A DNA stretch of 43,453 nucleotides, taken from contig CAJXJG010000002.1 in the NCBI GenBank assembly GCA_913054425.1, positions 1 to 43,453 on the forward strand, given 5' to 3'. The notes below the pieces were generated by a model. The model did not search any database, had not been told where the DNA came from, and worked only from the letters and a program-made list of their open reading frames with translations. Shown one piece after another: positions 1-9,658 of this stretch (positions within the stretch are counted from its first letter, which is position 1; each line of letters opens with the position of its first letter). The position numbers and the translations under genes are program-made. Origin of the DNA: an uncultured Fidelibacterota bacterium. Its GTDB lineage: Bacteria > Fidelibacterota > Marinisomatia > Marinisomatales > UBA8229.

Positions 1-1340
1 CAAAAAATCTAAAGGATTTTGCTCTTGGAGGACAACGGCTGGGTCCCTGGGTGATCGCATTTTCCGAACGCGCTTCCGGTGAATCTGCCTGGCTATTGCT
101 TGGTCTCCCTGGGGCTGCAATGGTTATGGGATTGCTGGAATTATGGACAGCAATTGGATGTATTGGAGGGATCATTTTATCCTGGATGATCATCGCGAAA
201 CCACTGCGAATCGCAACGGAAAAATACAATGCGATCACCCTCCCTGAGTTACTTTCAAAAAAATTTAATGATGATTCCGGAATCATCAGGCTGCTGGCAG
301 CGGTTATTATCATTTTCTTTTTTACATTTTATGTCGCCGCACAATTCTCCGGCGCCGGTAAAGTTTTAAATGTCACTTTTGGGTTGACCCAGATGCAGGG
401 AATGATATTAGGCGCCTGCATCATTATTTTTTATACAATTCTTGGTGGATTTCTTGCGGTGGCATGGACGGATTTGATCCAGGGGATTATCATGATTGGT
501 ACGTTAGTCATTCTGCCCATCGTCGGATGGATGGAATTATCAGGATTGGAGCATTCCACCGGGACGCTAGACTGGTCAACTCTGTATGGAGGTGCTAGCG
601 GACTGAAAGCATTTTTAGGAGCCGTGGCGGGACTAAGCTGGGGATTGGGATATATGGGACAGCCTCACCTGCTTGTTCGCTACATGGCCATAGATGATCC
701 CAAAAATATCCGGATTAGTAGGCGTATCGCAATCGCGTGGGCAATACCTGCTTTTATAGGTTCTCTTTTCATTGGACTGGTGGGAGCTCAATTAATTTCA
801 GGCGGGATGATCTCTCCTGTTTCAGACCCGGAAACACTCATGCCGGAAATGGCGAAAACCCTTATGCATCCCTGGATCGCAGGAATATTTATTTCCGGGG
901 CAATCGCAGCAATGATGTCAACCGCAGATTCACAGCTCTTGGTAAGTACTTCAGTGTTGACTGAGGATATAATCGGAAAATATTTTCACCATAAGATCGG
1001 AAAGATAAATTTGCTTACCATTGGCAGAATGTTTACCATCGTAATTGGGATCATTGCATTTTACCTTGCATGGCAGACGAAAGACCTTGTATTTGAAATG
1101 GTATCCTACGCCTGGAGTGGATTGGGAGCATCGTTTGGTCCGGTGATAGTCTGCGCGCTCTGGTGGAAGCGAACAACTAGGAATGGGATTATAGCCGGAA
1201 TGCTGACTGGCGCAATTTCTACCATTATTTGGAAAAATATTGAAGTATTAAATACAATGGTTACGGAAAGGCTGATTAGCTTCGTTTTTGCCTTTATGGC
1301 TGTTATTATAGTGAGTTTGTATACGAAATCAAAAAAATAA
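1..1340 (+). CDS. Sodium:solute symporter (SSS) family transporter, PutP-like; 5' end cut by window edge
   Basis: Frame 3 is open from base 3 (KNLKDFALGGQRLGPWVIAFSERASGESAWLLLGLPG...), so the Met at 51 in the ORF track is internal. The protein is polytopic and hydrophobic, with an SSS-type N-terminal signature similar to PutP/PanF. Stop TAA at 1338-1340. Confidence 0.85.
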   Translation, partial: KNLKDFALGGQRLGPWVIAFSERASGESAWLLLGLPGAAMVMGLLELWTAIGCIGGIILSWMIIAKPLRIATEKYNAITLPELLSKKFNDDSGIIRLLAAVIIIFFFTFYVAAQFSGAGKVLNVTFGLTQMQGMILGACIIIFYTILGGFLAVAWTDLIQGIIMIGTLVILPIVGWMELSGLEHSTGTLDWSTLYGGASGLKAFLGAVAGLSWGLGYMGQPHLLVRYMAIDDPKNIRISRRIAIAWAIPAFIGSLFIGLVGAQLISGGMISPVSDPETLMPEMAKTLMHPWIAGIFISGAIAAMMSTADSQLLVSTSVLTEDIIGKYFHHKIGKINLLTIGRMFTIVIGIIAFYLAWQTKDLVFEMVSYAWSGLGASFGPVIVCALWWKRTTRNGIIAGMLTGAISTIIWKNIEVLNTMVTERLISFVFAFMAVIIVSLYTKSKK

Positions 1341-1341
1341 C

Positions 1342-2334
1342 ATGAATTTACAGAAACTAAAAAATATTGTAAATGAAATCGATGGAGGGGTTGTCAAACC
1401 GGTGTATTTATTCCAGGGAGATGATCAATTCCTTCAGAAATTTGTAGTAGAGAAACTCGAATCATCCTTTTTTCCGGAAGGAGTGAGTGCTAAGATTATC
1501 CTGGAACCCAATGAAATGAGGGGGAGTGAAATTATCGAAAAACTCTACGGGGTCGATTTATTTTCTAGTAAAAAACTTTTTGTTCTGAGAAATCCACAAA
1601 AGATTCATAAAAATTATCGTAAAGAAATATTCAGGTATTGTGATAACCCTGCTCAATCAAATTGTCTTGTGATTTTCCTCGAGGATTTTGACAAAAGAAA
1701 ATTAATTGTCAAGGAATTAACAAAACGGTTTAATCCTATAGATGTTCGCAGTCCATTCGAAAATAAAATGGCTGTTTGGGTGAACTATTTTTTTAAGGAG
1801 CAGAGAATTGAAGCGGATTCAAAGGTCAAAGCAGAAGTATTGAAAATTGCCGGGGATTCCTTATATCATTTGGAAAATGAGATTGATAAAATTGCAATTT
1901 ATCTTCCGGACGGGGAGGAATTAACCATGGATCATGTAACCCGTTTTTCCGGATGGAAACGGGATTACAAGCGTTGGGAGTTTTTGGGTGCTGTAGGAAA
2001 TAGAAATGTACAAAAGGCTATAAAAACAGGACAATCTCTTATATTCCAGAATGAAACCTTTTTATCTTTAATGTATCCCCTTACGAGTCTTTTTCAGGAG
2101 ATGTTATTCCATAAAATTTCACCCGGAACTTTTTTGCAATTTAGAGGTTATATCCCATTATCAGATTCAATTAAGAAGAAATTACCACATTTTTCAGAAC
2201 AATATTCAAGACAGGAAATTGAAAATGGTTTACTTTTGCTTGGTAAAATAGATGAACGGATTAAAACAACGAAAGTTTCTGATGAATCAGAACTTGTCCA
2301 ATTTTTATTCAATGTCATTTCAAAAAATGGCTAA
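1342..2334 (+). CDS. holA: DNA polymerase III delta subunit
   Basis: 330 aa. The N-terminus KPVYLFQGDDQFLQ is typical of HolA (clamp-loader delta), and size and helical C-terminal domains are consistent. The ATG follows 1 nt after the upstream stop. Confidence 0.7.
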   Translation: MNLQKLKNIVNEIDGGVVKPVYLFQGDDQFLQKFVVEKLESSFFPEGVSAKIILEPNEMRGSEIIEKLYGVDLFSSKKLFVLRNPQKIHKNYRKEIFRYCDNPAQSNCLVIFLEDFDKRKLIVKELTKRFNPIDVRSPFENKMAVWVNYFFKEQRIEADSKVKAEVLKIAGDSLYHLENEIDKIAIYLPDGEELTMDHVTRFSGWKRDYKRWEFLGAVGNRNVQKAIKTGQSLIFQNETFLSLMYPLTSLFQEMLFHKISPGTFLQFRGYIPLSDSIKKKLPHFSEQYSRQEIENGLLLLGKIDERIKTTKVSDESELVQFLFNVISKNG

Positions 2335-2893
2335 TCAATTTCAATTCACCGATGAAGAACTGATGGCTCGATTTCAAAGTGGAGATGAAAATGCATACAA
2401 TGAAATTGTTTTTCGTTACCGTGACCGTCTCATGAATTTTATATATAGATTTGTGAATGATGTAGAACTCGCCGAAGATGTTCTTCAGGATACTCTGGTA
2501 AAAATTTTTACTCACCGGCATTATTACAAAGAAATCGCGAAAGTGTCAACTTGGATTTATACTATCGCCGGTAATTTTTCTAAAACCGAATTGAGGAAAC
2601 GTAAAAGACGAAAAATTATCCAACTGAGCCATATGGGTAAAGATGACAAAGTATATGAGATTCCAGACATTGAAAGAGAGCCAGATAGAGGTCTTCATGT
2701 CCAATTCTCAGAACAAAAAATTCAGAATGCACTTCAATCATTACCATCTCATTTTAGGAGTCCTGTCATATTGCGGGATATTCAGGAACTTTCCTATAAA
2801 GACATTAGTAAAATACTTGACGTTCCTTTGGGAACGGTGAAGTCGCGTATTAATCGCGCACGTCAGCAATTGAAAAGTACATTGAAGGAATAA
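2327..2893 (+). CDS. RNA polymerase sigma-70 factor, ECF subfamily
   Basis: I chose ATG 2327 (MANQFQFTDEELMARFQSGDENAYNEIVFRY...) over the ORF-track start at 2252, which would overlap holA by 83 nt. Region 2 (AEDVLQDTLVKIF) and region 4 HTH (LSYKDISKILDVPLGTVKSRINRARQQL) are recognisable. The start overlaps the holA stop in ATGGCTAA. Confidence 0.85.
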   Translation: MANQFQFTDEELMARFQSGDENAYNEIVFRYRDRLMNFIYRFVNDVELAEDVLQDTLVKIFTHRHYYKEIAKVSTWIYTIAGNFSKTELRKRKRRKIIQLSHMGKDDKVYEIPDIEREPDRGLHVQFSEQKIQNALQSLPSHFRSPVILRDIQELSYKDISKILDVPLGTVKSRINRARQQLKSTLKE

Positions 2894-2924
2894 TATTAAT
2901 AAAAATGAGGAGTACACTATATCG

Positions 2925-3470
2925 ATGGATCGTTATCAGTTTGAAGATTATTTATCCGATTATATAGAAAATAACTTAAACCCTTCGAAACGGAAAGAAT
3001 TCGAAGAGTACCTAAAAGCTAATTCCAGCGGAGAAGAATTGGTTGAATCCGTCCGTGAACTTTTGGATTCAATGAAATCCATGTCGGAAATAAAAGCTTC
3101 TTCTGGTTTTATGGGAAAGCTCCACAAGAGGATTGAGGCAGAGAAGAATCGTCCATCAATACAATCCCCTGAGAAAAGAACTTACCTGGGATTTGCACCT
3201 TTTCATTTGGGAATGATGGTTGTGGTTCTCATCGGTCTTGTTTTTGTGGGCATGGAATTATTGCCAACTGATGGAACAAAAATAACAACAGTTCAACCAA
3301 ATATTGAGTTGAGTTTTCCACCAGACTTATCTGACCCTTTTCCCCCTGATATTAAAAAAGATGAAATGGTTAAATTAGATCAGGATTCAAGTGGGGTTAA
3401 AGACCAGGATACGAAAGCACCATTTGATCTTGAAAAAAGAGGCGCTACTTTTGTAAAAGACCAAAATTAA
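2925..3470 (+). CDS. Putative membrane-anchored anti-sigma factor
   Basis: It lies immediately downstream of the ECF sigma gene. It has an N-terminal helical segment (YQFEDYLSDYIENNLNPSKRKEFEEYL) like anti-sigma N-domains but without the H-x3-C-x2-C zinc motif. There is a single TM (HLGMMVVVLIGLVFVGMELL) and a Pro/Asp-rich tail. An AGGAG is present upstream. Confidence 0.5.
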   Translation: MDRYQFEDYLSDYIENNLNPSKRKEFEEYLKANSSGEELVESVRELLDSMKSMSEIKASSGFMGKLHKRIEAEKNRPSIQSPEKRTYLGFAPFHLGMMVVVLIGLVFVGMELLPTDGTKITTVQPNIELSFPPDLSDPFPPDIKKDEMVKLDQDSSGVKDQDTKAPFDLEKRGATFVKDQN

Positions 3471-3539
3471 TTAAAAACAATCTGATTTTTTTATCCCTAC
3501 TGTTTACGTAAGTTTTATAGTAAGGATTTTTTTTCTGGA

Positions 3540-5240
3540 ATGAATTTTCAAAATAAATCTACGACAATTCTTCTGGCTGCTGTGACAGTTTTAATTTTAA
3601 GTGTAGTTATTTCCCCCGGAGAAGGGGGGTTTATTATCTACCTTTTTAGAGGATTGGTTTTCATCTGTGTTATTTGGGCTTTTATTTTGTTTATTACTTC
3701 GAAAAAGAAAAATTATTCAGGAAATTTGATGGACAATGAACGAAAACAAGTTGATTCTCCAAAGAATTCTGAAATTGACAATGAACTTCAGGATCGTTAT
3801 AAATATTTACTGCGTTCGATTTTCAATACAATTCGTTCAATAAATCCGGACTACCAGGGAGCAGTTTATATCATTGATTATGACAATCATGGGTTTGCAC
3901 TCCAAAGCGCCACTTCCAACGAATTTTTAGAATTTGTTCCTCATGATCAGGAGATATTGAAGACAATTCTTAAGCATAAGGAAGTACAGGTTTTGCAATA
4001 TCAAAAGAATCGTGATGGTTGGACACAATTGTTTTCTGAAAAAACATGGAGAGGAAGTGAATGTATATTGGGGATACGGATAGTCAACAAGGATGTTTCT
4101 GTTGGTTGTCTTTTAATGACTGTTGATCATTTCAGTAAAACGCAGGAAAGGGATCGTGAAATTTTATTTAATCTTGGGGATTTACTTTCTCTGGGAATTG
4201 CAAAGATAGAAAAAATTGAAGAGTTATTGACTGATAATAATTATCAAGATCGGATTTTGGATCTTCTTGATACAGTAGATATCTTTTCAGATGAGGAAGT
4301 TTTATATGATTCTATTAAAACCTTATGTTATTCACTTTTTTCATATGATAAATTCACAATTTCAATGGTAGATCCGTCTAACAATTTACCAAGTGTAAAA
4401 TTTGTAGATGGAATCAAGGAAGATGTAAATACCGGTGACACCTTTTCATTGGACTTTTCCCTGCATGGTAAGGTAATAAAAGAAGGCATCAACCTTCGTT
4501 CGCGATATTGGGAAAATGATTATCCTGGAATAGGAAGATTTAGAAAAGATGAAAATTTCAACATAAATTTTTCTGCGGTTTTGATTGTTCCAATCTTAAT
4601 GAAAGGCATTGCGATCGGCAGCATAGCACTTGAACGATTAACATCCCGATCCTATAGTAGTTCTGATGAAAGGCTTATGGAACACTTAGCATTTACAGTT
4701 GGTCATTTTTTATCATGGCAGGGAGAATATCGTAAAATGCATGATAGTGCAATCCACGATGGGTTGACAGGATTATTGAATCACCGCGCATTTATGAACA
4801 GATTTGACGATGAGGTAAAACGTGCTATTCGTTTCCAGCAGAAACATGTTCTGGTTGTACTCGATTTGGATAAATTTAAACGGATTAATGATACTCATGG
4901 ACATCTCTATGGAGATTATGTTATTAAACAGGTTGCCGATATTCTACAAAATAGTGTCAGGAATATTGATGTTGTAGCCCGGTACGGTGGAGAAGAATAT
5001 ATGATTATATTGGTAGATACTGACCAAACAAATTCCTTAGCAGTTACTCAGCGCATTGTTAATAATATTGAAGAATTCAAGTTTAGTCGGAACGGAGTTG
5101 ATGAAAAAATTACAATTAGCGCGGGGATGGCTGAATTTCCCAAGGACTCGGATAATATCAAAATATTGATTGAAAAAGCAGACAAAGCAATGTACCGGGC
5201 AAAAAAACTGGGTGGGAATAAGGTAGAAGTGTATAAGTAA
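3540..5240 (+). CDS. Membrane-anchored GAF-domain diguanylate cyclase (GGDEF)
   Basis: Two N-terminal TM segments and a long GAF-like middle region. The C-terminal GGDEF domain reads DGLTGLLNHRAF...LDLDKFKRINDTHGH...RNIDVVARYGGEEYMIIL. The active-site variant GGEEY is at 4986-5000, and an RxxD I-site (RNID, from 4959) sits five residues upstream, spaced as in PleD. Confidence 0.85.
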   Translation: MNFQNKSTTILLAAVTVLILSVVISPGEGGFIIYLFRGLVFICVIWAFILFITSKKKNYSGNLMDNERKQVDSPKNSEIDNELQDRYKYLLRSIFNTIRSINPDYQGAVYIIDYDNHGFALQSATSNEFLEFVPHDQEILKTILKHKEVQVLQYQKNRDGWTQLFSEKTWRGSECILGIRIVNKDVSVGCLLMTVDHFSKTQERDREILFNLGDLLSLGIAKIEKIEELLTDNNYQDRILDLLDTVDIFSDEEVLYDSIKTLCYSLFSYDKFTISMVDPSNNLPSVKFVDGIKEDVNTGDTFSLDFSLHGKVIKEGINLRSRYWENDYPGIGRFRKDENFNINFSAVLIVPILMKGIAIGSIALERLTSRSYSSSDERLMEHLAFTVGHFLSWQGEYRKMHDSAIHDGLTGLLNHRAFMNRFDDEVKRAIRFQQKHVLVVLDLDKFKRINDTHGHLYGDYVIKQVADILQNSVRNIDVVARYGGEEYMIILVDTDQTNSLAVTQRIVNNIEEFKFSRNGVDEKITISAGMAEFPKDSDNIKILIEKADKAMYRAKKLGGNKVEVYK

Positions 5241-5332
5241 TTATGGGGAATTATCTTACTTTTTCAAAACTGATTTGATGCCAATTTGAATTGTTACTTA
5301 AATAATCATAAAAATTACCAGCTTTAATTAGT

Positions 5333-6934
5333 ATGACTCGCATATATCAAAATTCGATATTGCTTATTTTGGTTTGGATTGGTTTATCCTGTCATTCGGG
5401 TTCGCAAATTTCTCCCTCAAATTTGCCGCCGATCGATCAGTCCAAAGAAGAAACTGCTGTCAATTCTGAAGCTCTCATGCATTTTATGGATGGACAGCTT
5501 TACATGAGTCAGGGAAATTATTCTATGGCAGTAATTGAGTTTCAGGACGCCCTGAGAATTGATCCTGATGTCAGTACCATCCATATTTCCCTTGGAGAGT
5601 GTTTTTGGGCACTTGAAAAACCGGAGCGTGCTGTTTTTCACCTTGAGAGAGCAATATATTTAAACCCGGATGATGCCGAGGCAAGAAACATTCTGGCTCA
5701 CCAATTTATCAATCGGAAATTGTTTGACAGGGCTAGGGAACAATATGAGATATTGGCTGAATCTGACCCGGAAAATGTGGAAAATATCATTGTTCTTGCA
5801 GAGCTGGCTAAATTGCAACGTCAGTTTGAGGAAGCAATTCATTATTACCAAAAAGTATTTGATCTAGACCCTCATAGGATTGAAGCTCTGCAGAAAGCTG
5901 CAGAAATAGCTTTGAAAATCAAACGTTTTGAATTAGCACAAATAATTATAAAACAGATGACTCTATCAGACAAATCCAATATCCAATATCTTGAAAACTA
6001 TACGGATATTGTTACTATGAATGGTGATAAAAAAGAGGGAATAAGGGCATTGAAACAAATCGTCAATTTGGAGGGATCATCGGTAGGTGTTCTCAATCAA
6101 ATTGGTTTATTGTATTATGAAATTAATCATCCTGATTCAGCATTGGAAGTATTTAGTCAGGTATACGAGTTGGATAGTTTGAATATTTTGGCTCTTCATT
6201 TTCTATCACAGATCAGCAGGGAGGAAGAAAATATAGAGAAAGCCCAATATTTTGCAGATCAAATGATCTATTTTCATCCTGGTGAACCCCGAGGGTATAT
6301 AAATTTAGCACTTGCTTTGCTTATTCAGAATAATCATCAGAGAGTTATGCAAATTCTTTCAAAACAAGCAGATATATTTCAAGAGGAATTTACTATTCAG
6401 TACTTGTTGGGTTTGAGTTATAATTTGGATAGTAATTATAAAATAGCTGAACAATTTTTTAAACGCGCTTTGGCTATTAATCCAAAATCGAGAAACACGC
6501 TTCATTCTCTTGCTATCATTTATGATAAAACAATCCAGTGGTCTCAATCTGACAGCATCTATAATGAGTTAATTCATTCAGACAGTACTGATGCGCAGGC
6601 ACTCAACAATTATTCCTATAGCTTGGTTGAACGTGGGGAAAAATTAGGTATTGCGCTTGAAATGTCCAAAAAAGCAATATCTCTATCTCCGAAGAGTTCA
6701 GCTTATCTTGATACATATGGTTGGATTCATTTCAAAATAGGAAATATTGACAGTGCATTGGCCTATATTAAACAATCTGTTGACATTGAAGATACCAATG
6801 CAGTAGTTCTCGAACATTTTGGTGATGTATTGGTGAAAAAAGCGGAAATCGAAGAGGCAATTCGTTATTTTCGAAAGGCTTTGGAAATAAATCCAAACAA
6901 CGCAGTTTTGAGAAAAAAATTAAGTGAATTATAA
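5333..6934 (+). CDS. Tetratricopeptide-repeat lipoprotein
   Basis: Signal peptide with lipobox (LVWIGLSC), then many TPR-like A-x-x-x-F/Y-x-x-A-L-x-x-x-P repeats (e.g. AIRYFRKALEINPNN, AEQFFKRALAINPKS). Confidence 0.8.
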   Translation: MTRIYQNSILLILVWIGLSCHSGSQISPSNLPPIDQSKEETAVNSEALMHFMDGQLYMSQGNYSMAVIEFQDALRIDPDVSTIHISLGECFWALEKPERAVFHLERAIYLNPDDAEARNILAHQFINRKLFDRAREQYEILAESDPENVENIIVLAELAKLQRQFEEAIHYYQKVFDLDPHRIEALQKAAEIALKIKRFELAQIIIKQMTLSDKSNIQYLENYTDIVTMNGDKKEGIRALKQIVNLEGSSVGVLNQIGLLYYEINHPDSALEVFSQVYELDSLNILALHFLSQISREEENIEKAQYFADQMIYFHPGEPRGYINLALALLIQNNHQRVMQILSKQADIFQEEFTIQYLLGLSYNLDSNYKIAEQFFKRALAINPKSRNTLHSLAIIYDKTIQWSQSDSIYNELIHSDSTDAQALNNYSYSLVERGEKLGIALEMSKKAISLSPKSSAYLDTYGWIHFKIGNIDSALAYIKQSVDIEDTNAVVLEHFGDVLVKKAEIEEAIRYFRKALEINPNNAVLRKKLSEL

Positions 6935-7556
6935 TCTATTCAAACTTTTATTATTTGTGTCTTTTTTTGTTCTGAGTGATTGTAGCCAAAAGCCTACAAT
7001 TGGTAATATAGTCCCCGATCATAAATGGTCTTATGAAGATTTGAAATCAGAGTACAAACAATGTCGAGGAAGAGGTCAGCTAATATCAAAGGGAACATTG
7101 CGGGGAAAGTTGACCTTTTTTTTTACAGTAAGGGATGACAGTACATATATTCAATTTCGTGATTTTCTTGGACGACGGACATTATATCTTCAACTTTTGG
7201 GTAATGAGGTCTATGCCTGGGATATTCTCCAGGACAAATGGTTTTTAACGTCTCAAATTCAGAGTAAGTATCCTTTTCTAATAGTACTTGAACCAACAGA
7301 TTTAACCAGGTATTTCTGGGGTATTGACCCTCAATTCAAAGGAAAAGAGCACCCGAAGGAATTCATTTTCGACCATAAGTCCATAAGTGTTACCTTTCAA
7401 ACTACACCAGGCAATGTCGGTCCTATGGTGTCTAAGGCTATGATTCAGATTAATGATAATCAAAACCAGATTGAGATTGAGATTGAGGAACGGGAATACG
7501 GTATGTCTTATCCTCGTTTAATTAGAGCAATTCCTCCAACAATTTTACATAATTAA
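6924..7556 (+). CDS. Hypothetical lipoprotein (possibly LolB-like/DUF4292-type)
   Basis: GTG start overlaps the TPR gene stop by 11 nt. The hydrophobic leader ends in VLSDC (a loose lipobox). The LolB-like guess rests only on size and position after a TPR gene. No catalytic motif was seen. Confidence 0.4.
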   Translation: MNYNLFKLLLFVSFFVLSDCSQKPTIGNIVPDHKWSYEDLKSEYKQCRGRGQLISKGTLRGKLTFFFTVRDDSTYIQFRDFLGRRTLYLQLLGNEVYAWDILQDKWFLTSQIQSKYPFLIVLEPTDLTRYFWGIDPQFKGKEHPKEFIFDHKSISVTFQTTPGNVGPMVSKAMIQINDNQNQIEIEIEEREYGMSYPRLIRAIPPTILHN

Positions 7557-7568
7557 CAGGTAAATTAA

Positions 7569-8486
7569 ATGATTTCCGTAATCATCCCAGTTTTAAATGA
7601 AGTTGATTCTCTCCCAGAGTTAATGGATCAGCTTCGGAAGGTTTTGCATATTTATAGTAAGTGGGAGATCCTGTTTGTAGATGATGGTTCAACTGATGGT
7701 TCTACAGAATTTCTTTACGACTTGTCAAGAAAAGATGAAAATGTAACCCTGATTCAATTCCATCGAAATTATGGGAAATCAGCCGCTCTTGCAGAAGGAT
7801 TTAAACTTGCTGAGGGAGAATTTCTCATTACCATGGATGCAGATTTACAGGATGACCCTGCCGAAATTCCAAATTTAATGAAAAAACTTGAGGAAGGGTT
7901 TGACCTTGTTTCCGGGTGGAAAAAAGAACGAAAGGATCCACTATCAAAGAGATTACCCTCAAAAATATTTAATTATGTAACACGATTAATGACGGGAGTA
8001 AAAATTCATGATTTTAATTGTGGTCTAAAGATATATCGAAAATCGGTTACTAAAACCCTTGATTTATATGGTGGACGGCATCGTTATATTCCAGCTCTTG
8101 CCGTGCACAATAAATTTCGAATCGGTGAAATTCGAGTCAATCACAGGCCTCGAATTTATGGAGTTACGAAATATGGTGGTTCCAGGTTGTTTCATGGGTT
8201 TTTTGACCTTATCTCGATAATTTTCATGAACCGTTATACTCAGCAGCCGCTCCATCTGTTTGGATTTTTTGGGCTTTTTTGTGTTGCCACATCACTCATG
8301 GTTGAATTATTTGTAATTGGAAGAAAAATATTTTCCGGGCATTCATTCTACGAACATTTAGCTCTTATGCTATTTGGCGCCATGTTATTTATACTGGGAT
8401 TGTGGTTCTTCTCCATTGGATTGATTGCTGAAATGATAACCAGGGGAGCACAAGAAAAAGAATCAAGAGTAAAACAGGTAATCTAA
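7569..8486 (+). CDS. GT2 polyprenol-phosphate glycosyltransferase (GtrB/ArnC/DPM1-like)
   Basis: ISVIIPVLNE...DDGSTDGS...NYGKSAAL...TMDADLQDDP is the GT-A fold with DxD and the DADLQ-D-P signature of GtrB/ArnC-type enzymes. Two C-terminal TM helices are present, as in GtrB. Confidence 0.85.
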   Translation: MISVIIPVLNEVDSLPELMDQLRKVLHIYSKWEILFVDDGSTDGSTEFLYDLSRKDENVTLIQFHRNYGKSAALAEGFKLAEGEFLITMDADLQDDPAEIPNLMKKLEEGFDLVSGWKKERKDPLSKRLPSKIFNYVTRLMTGVKIHDFNCGLKIYRKSVTKTLDLYGGRHRYIPALAVHNKFRIGEIRVNHRPRIYGVTKYGGSRLFHGFFDLISIIFMNRYTQQPLHLFGFFGLFCVATSLMVELFVIGRKIFSGHSFYEHLALMLFGAMLFILGLWFFSIGLIAEMITRGAQEKESRVKQVI

Positions 8487-8545
8487 ATCTGTTTTTTTTG
8501 TCTCTGAATTTTTTATCTCTCCTCTAAAATATTTTGAGAAGGATC

Positions 8546-9658
8546 ATGAGTGTCTGTTATTTTGGTACTTACGAAAAAGATTATCCAAGAAATTCTATAG
8601 TTCTTGAAGGATTGCGTCGGAATGCGGTTACTGTTTTCGAATGTCATGTTCCTTTGTGGGAAAAAACGATAACCAAAGGGAAAAATTTTGGGTTTTCAAT
8701 AACATTTATTCTGCGTTTTTTTATTGCGCAACTTCGGCTTCTATTTCGATACGTGTTCTTCATCCCAAAGCATGATATTATCCTTGTTGGGTACATTGGT
8801 CATCTGGATATATTTTTAGCGAAAATGATGGCATTTTTTGGCCGAAAGAAATTAGTATTCAATCCTTTAGTTTCGTTGTATGACACGGTCATTGTTGACC
8901 GTGGTTATTTTACAACATTTTCTCCAAAAGCCCGGTTGATGCGTTTTTTGGACAGATCCGCTTGTAAGATGTCGGATATCGTTATACTCGATACGGAAGC
9001 CAATATTCAGTATTTCAGGAATGAACTTGATCTTCCTGACATAAATTTTAAACGATTATTTGTTGGAGCGGATGATCGAATATTTTTCCCTGAGCAAATC
9101 ATAAATTCTGAAAATCACTTTAATGTGATGTTTATTGGAAAATTTATTCCTCTTCATGGGATAGAAAAAATAATTGAAGCTGCCAGCATTCTAAAATCTG
9201 AAACGGATATCATATTTACGTTAGTAGGATTAGGTCAGCTCCGGTCTGAAATCGAGGATAAAATAAATGAACAGGAGTTGGTTAATATTCGATTGTTGGA
9301 TTGGATTCCCTATAATCAATTATCACAAAAGATGGCAGAAGCAGATCTTCTTCTGGGAATATTTGGAGATTCTGATAAAGCGCAAAGGGTCATTCCCAAT
9401 AAATTATTTCAGGCATTAGGTGTCGGAAAACCTATCTTAACGGCTGACACATCTGCTATCCGTGAACTCCTGACAGCGGATGAACACATTTTTACTTCGG
9501 AGTCTACTCCGGTTAAAATAGCAGAAAAGATTCAGTTCATTCGCACCCATGAAAAGATTCGCCACAGGGTTTCAATGAATGGGTATCGGTTTTTTCAGGA
9601 AAAACTTTCAATAGAGAAATTGGGAGCAGAATTAAAAACCATTCTGAAGGATGTATAA
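8546..9658 (+). CDS. Glycosyltransferase, GT-B fold (GT4/GT1-like)
   Basis: I prefer ATG 8546 (MSVCYFGTY...), preceded by GAAGGA. The C-terminal half shows a Rossmann-like GT-B pattern (FIGKFIPLHGIEKIIEAA...NKLFQALGVGKPILTADT). The stop overlaps the next start (TAATG). Confidence 0.65.
   Translation: MSVCYFGTYEKDYPRNSIVLEGLRRNAVTVFECHVPLWEKTITKGKNFGFSITFILRFFIAQLRLLFRYVFFIPKHDIILVGYIGHLDIFLAKMMAFFGRKKLVFNPLVSLYDTVIVDRGYFTTFSPKARLMRFLDRSACKMSDIVILDTEANIQYFRNELDLPDINFKRLFVGADDRIFFPEQIINSENHFNVMFIGKFIPLHGIEKIIEAASILKSETDIIFTLVGLGQLRSEIEDKINEQELVNIRLLDWIPYNQLSQKMAEADLLLGIFGDSDKAQRVIPNKLFQALGVGKPILTADTSAIRELLTADEHIFTSESTPVKIAEKIQFIRTHEKIRHRVSMNGYRFFQEKLSIEKLGAELKTILKDV

Noticed and set aside
737-964. 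75-aa alternative-frame ORF inside the first symporter gene, and similar 60-108 aa internal ORFs (e.g. 2643-2840, 5417-5851, 14511-14837, 20051-20353, 25186-25520, 41056-41292, 42760-42951)
   Set aside because: All are nested within longer ORFs that have clear family signatures. They are short and, in an AT-rich genome, expected by chance. None has a convincing ribosome-binding site or motif.
2252-2326. N-terminal extension of the sigma-factor ORF (ORF-track start 2252)
   Set aside because: It would overlap holA by 83 nt, and the extension (MNGLKQRKFLMNQNLSNFYSMSFQK) has no counterpart in ECF sigma factors. ATG 2327 gives a canonical N-terminus and a typical 8-nt overlap.
7471-7500. Short tandem repeat GATTGA x3 (cagattgagattgagattgaggaa)
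   Set aside because: It lies in frame within the lipoprotein ORF, encoding IEIEIEE. It has only three units and no array structure, so it is a trivial coding microrepeat, not a CRISPR or VNTR feature.
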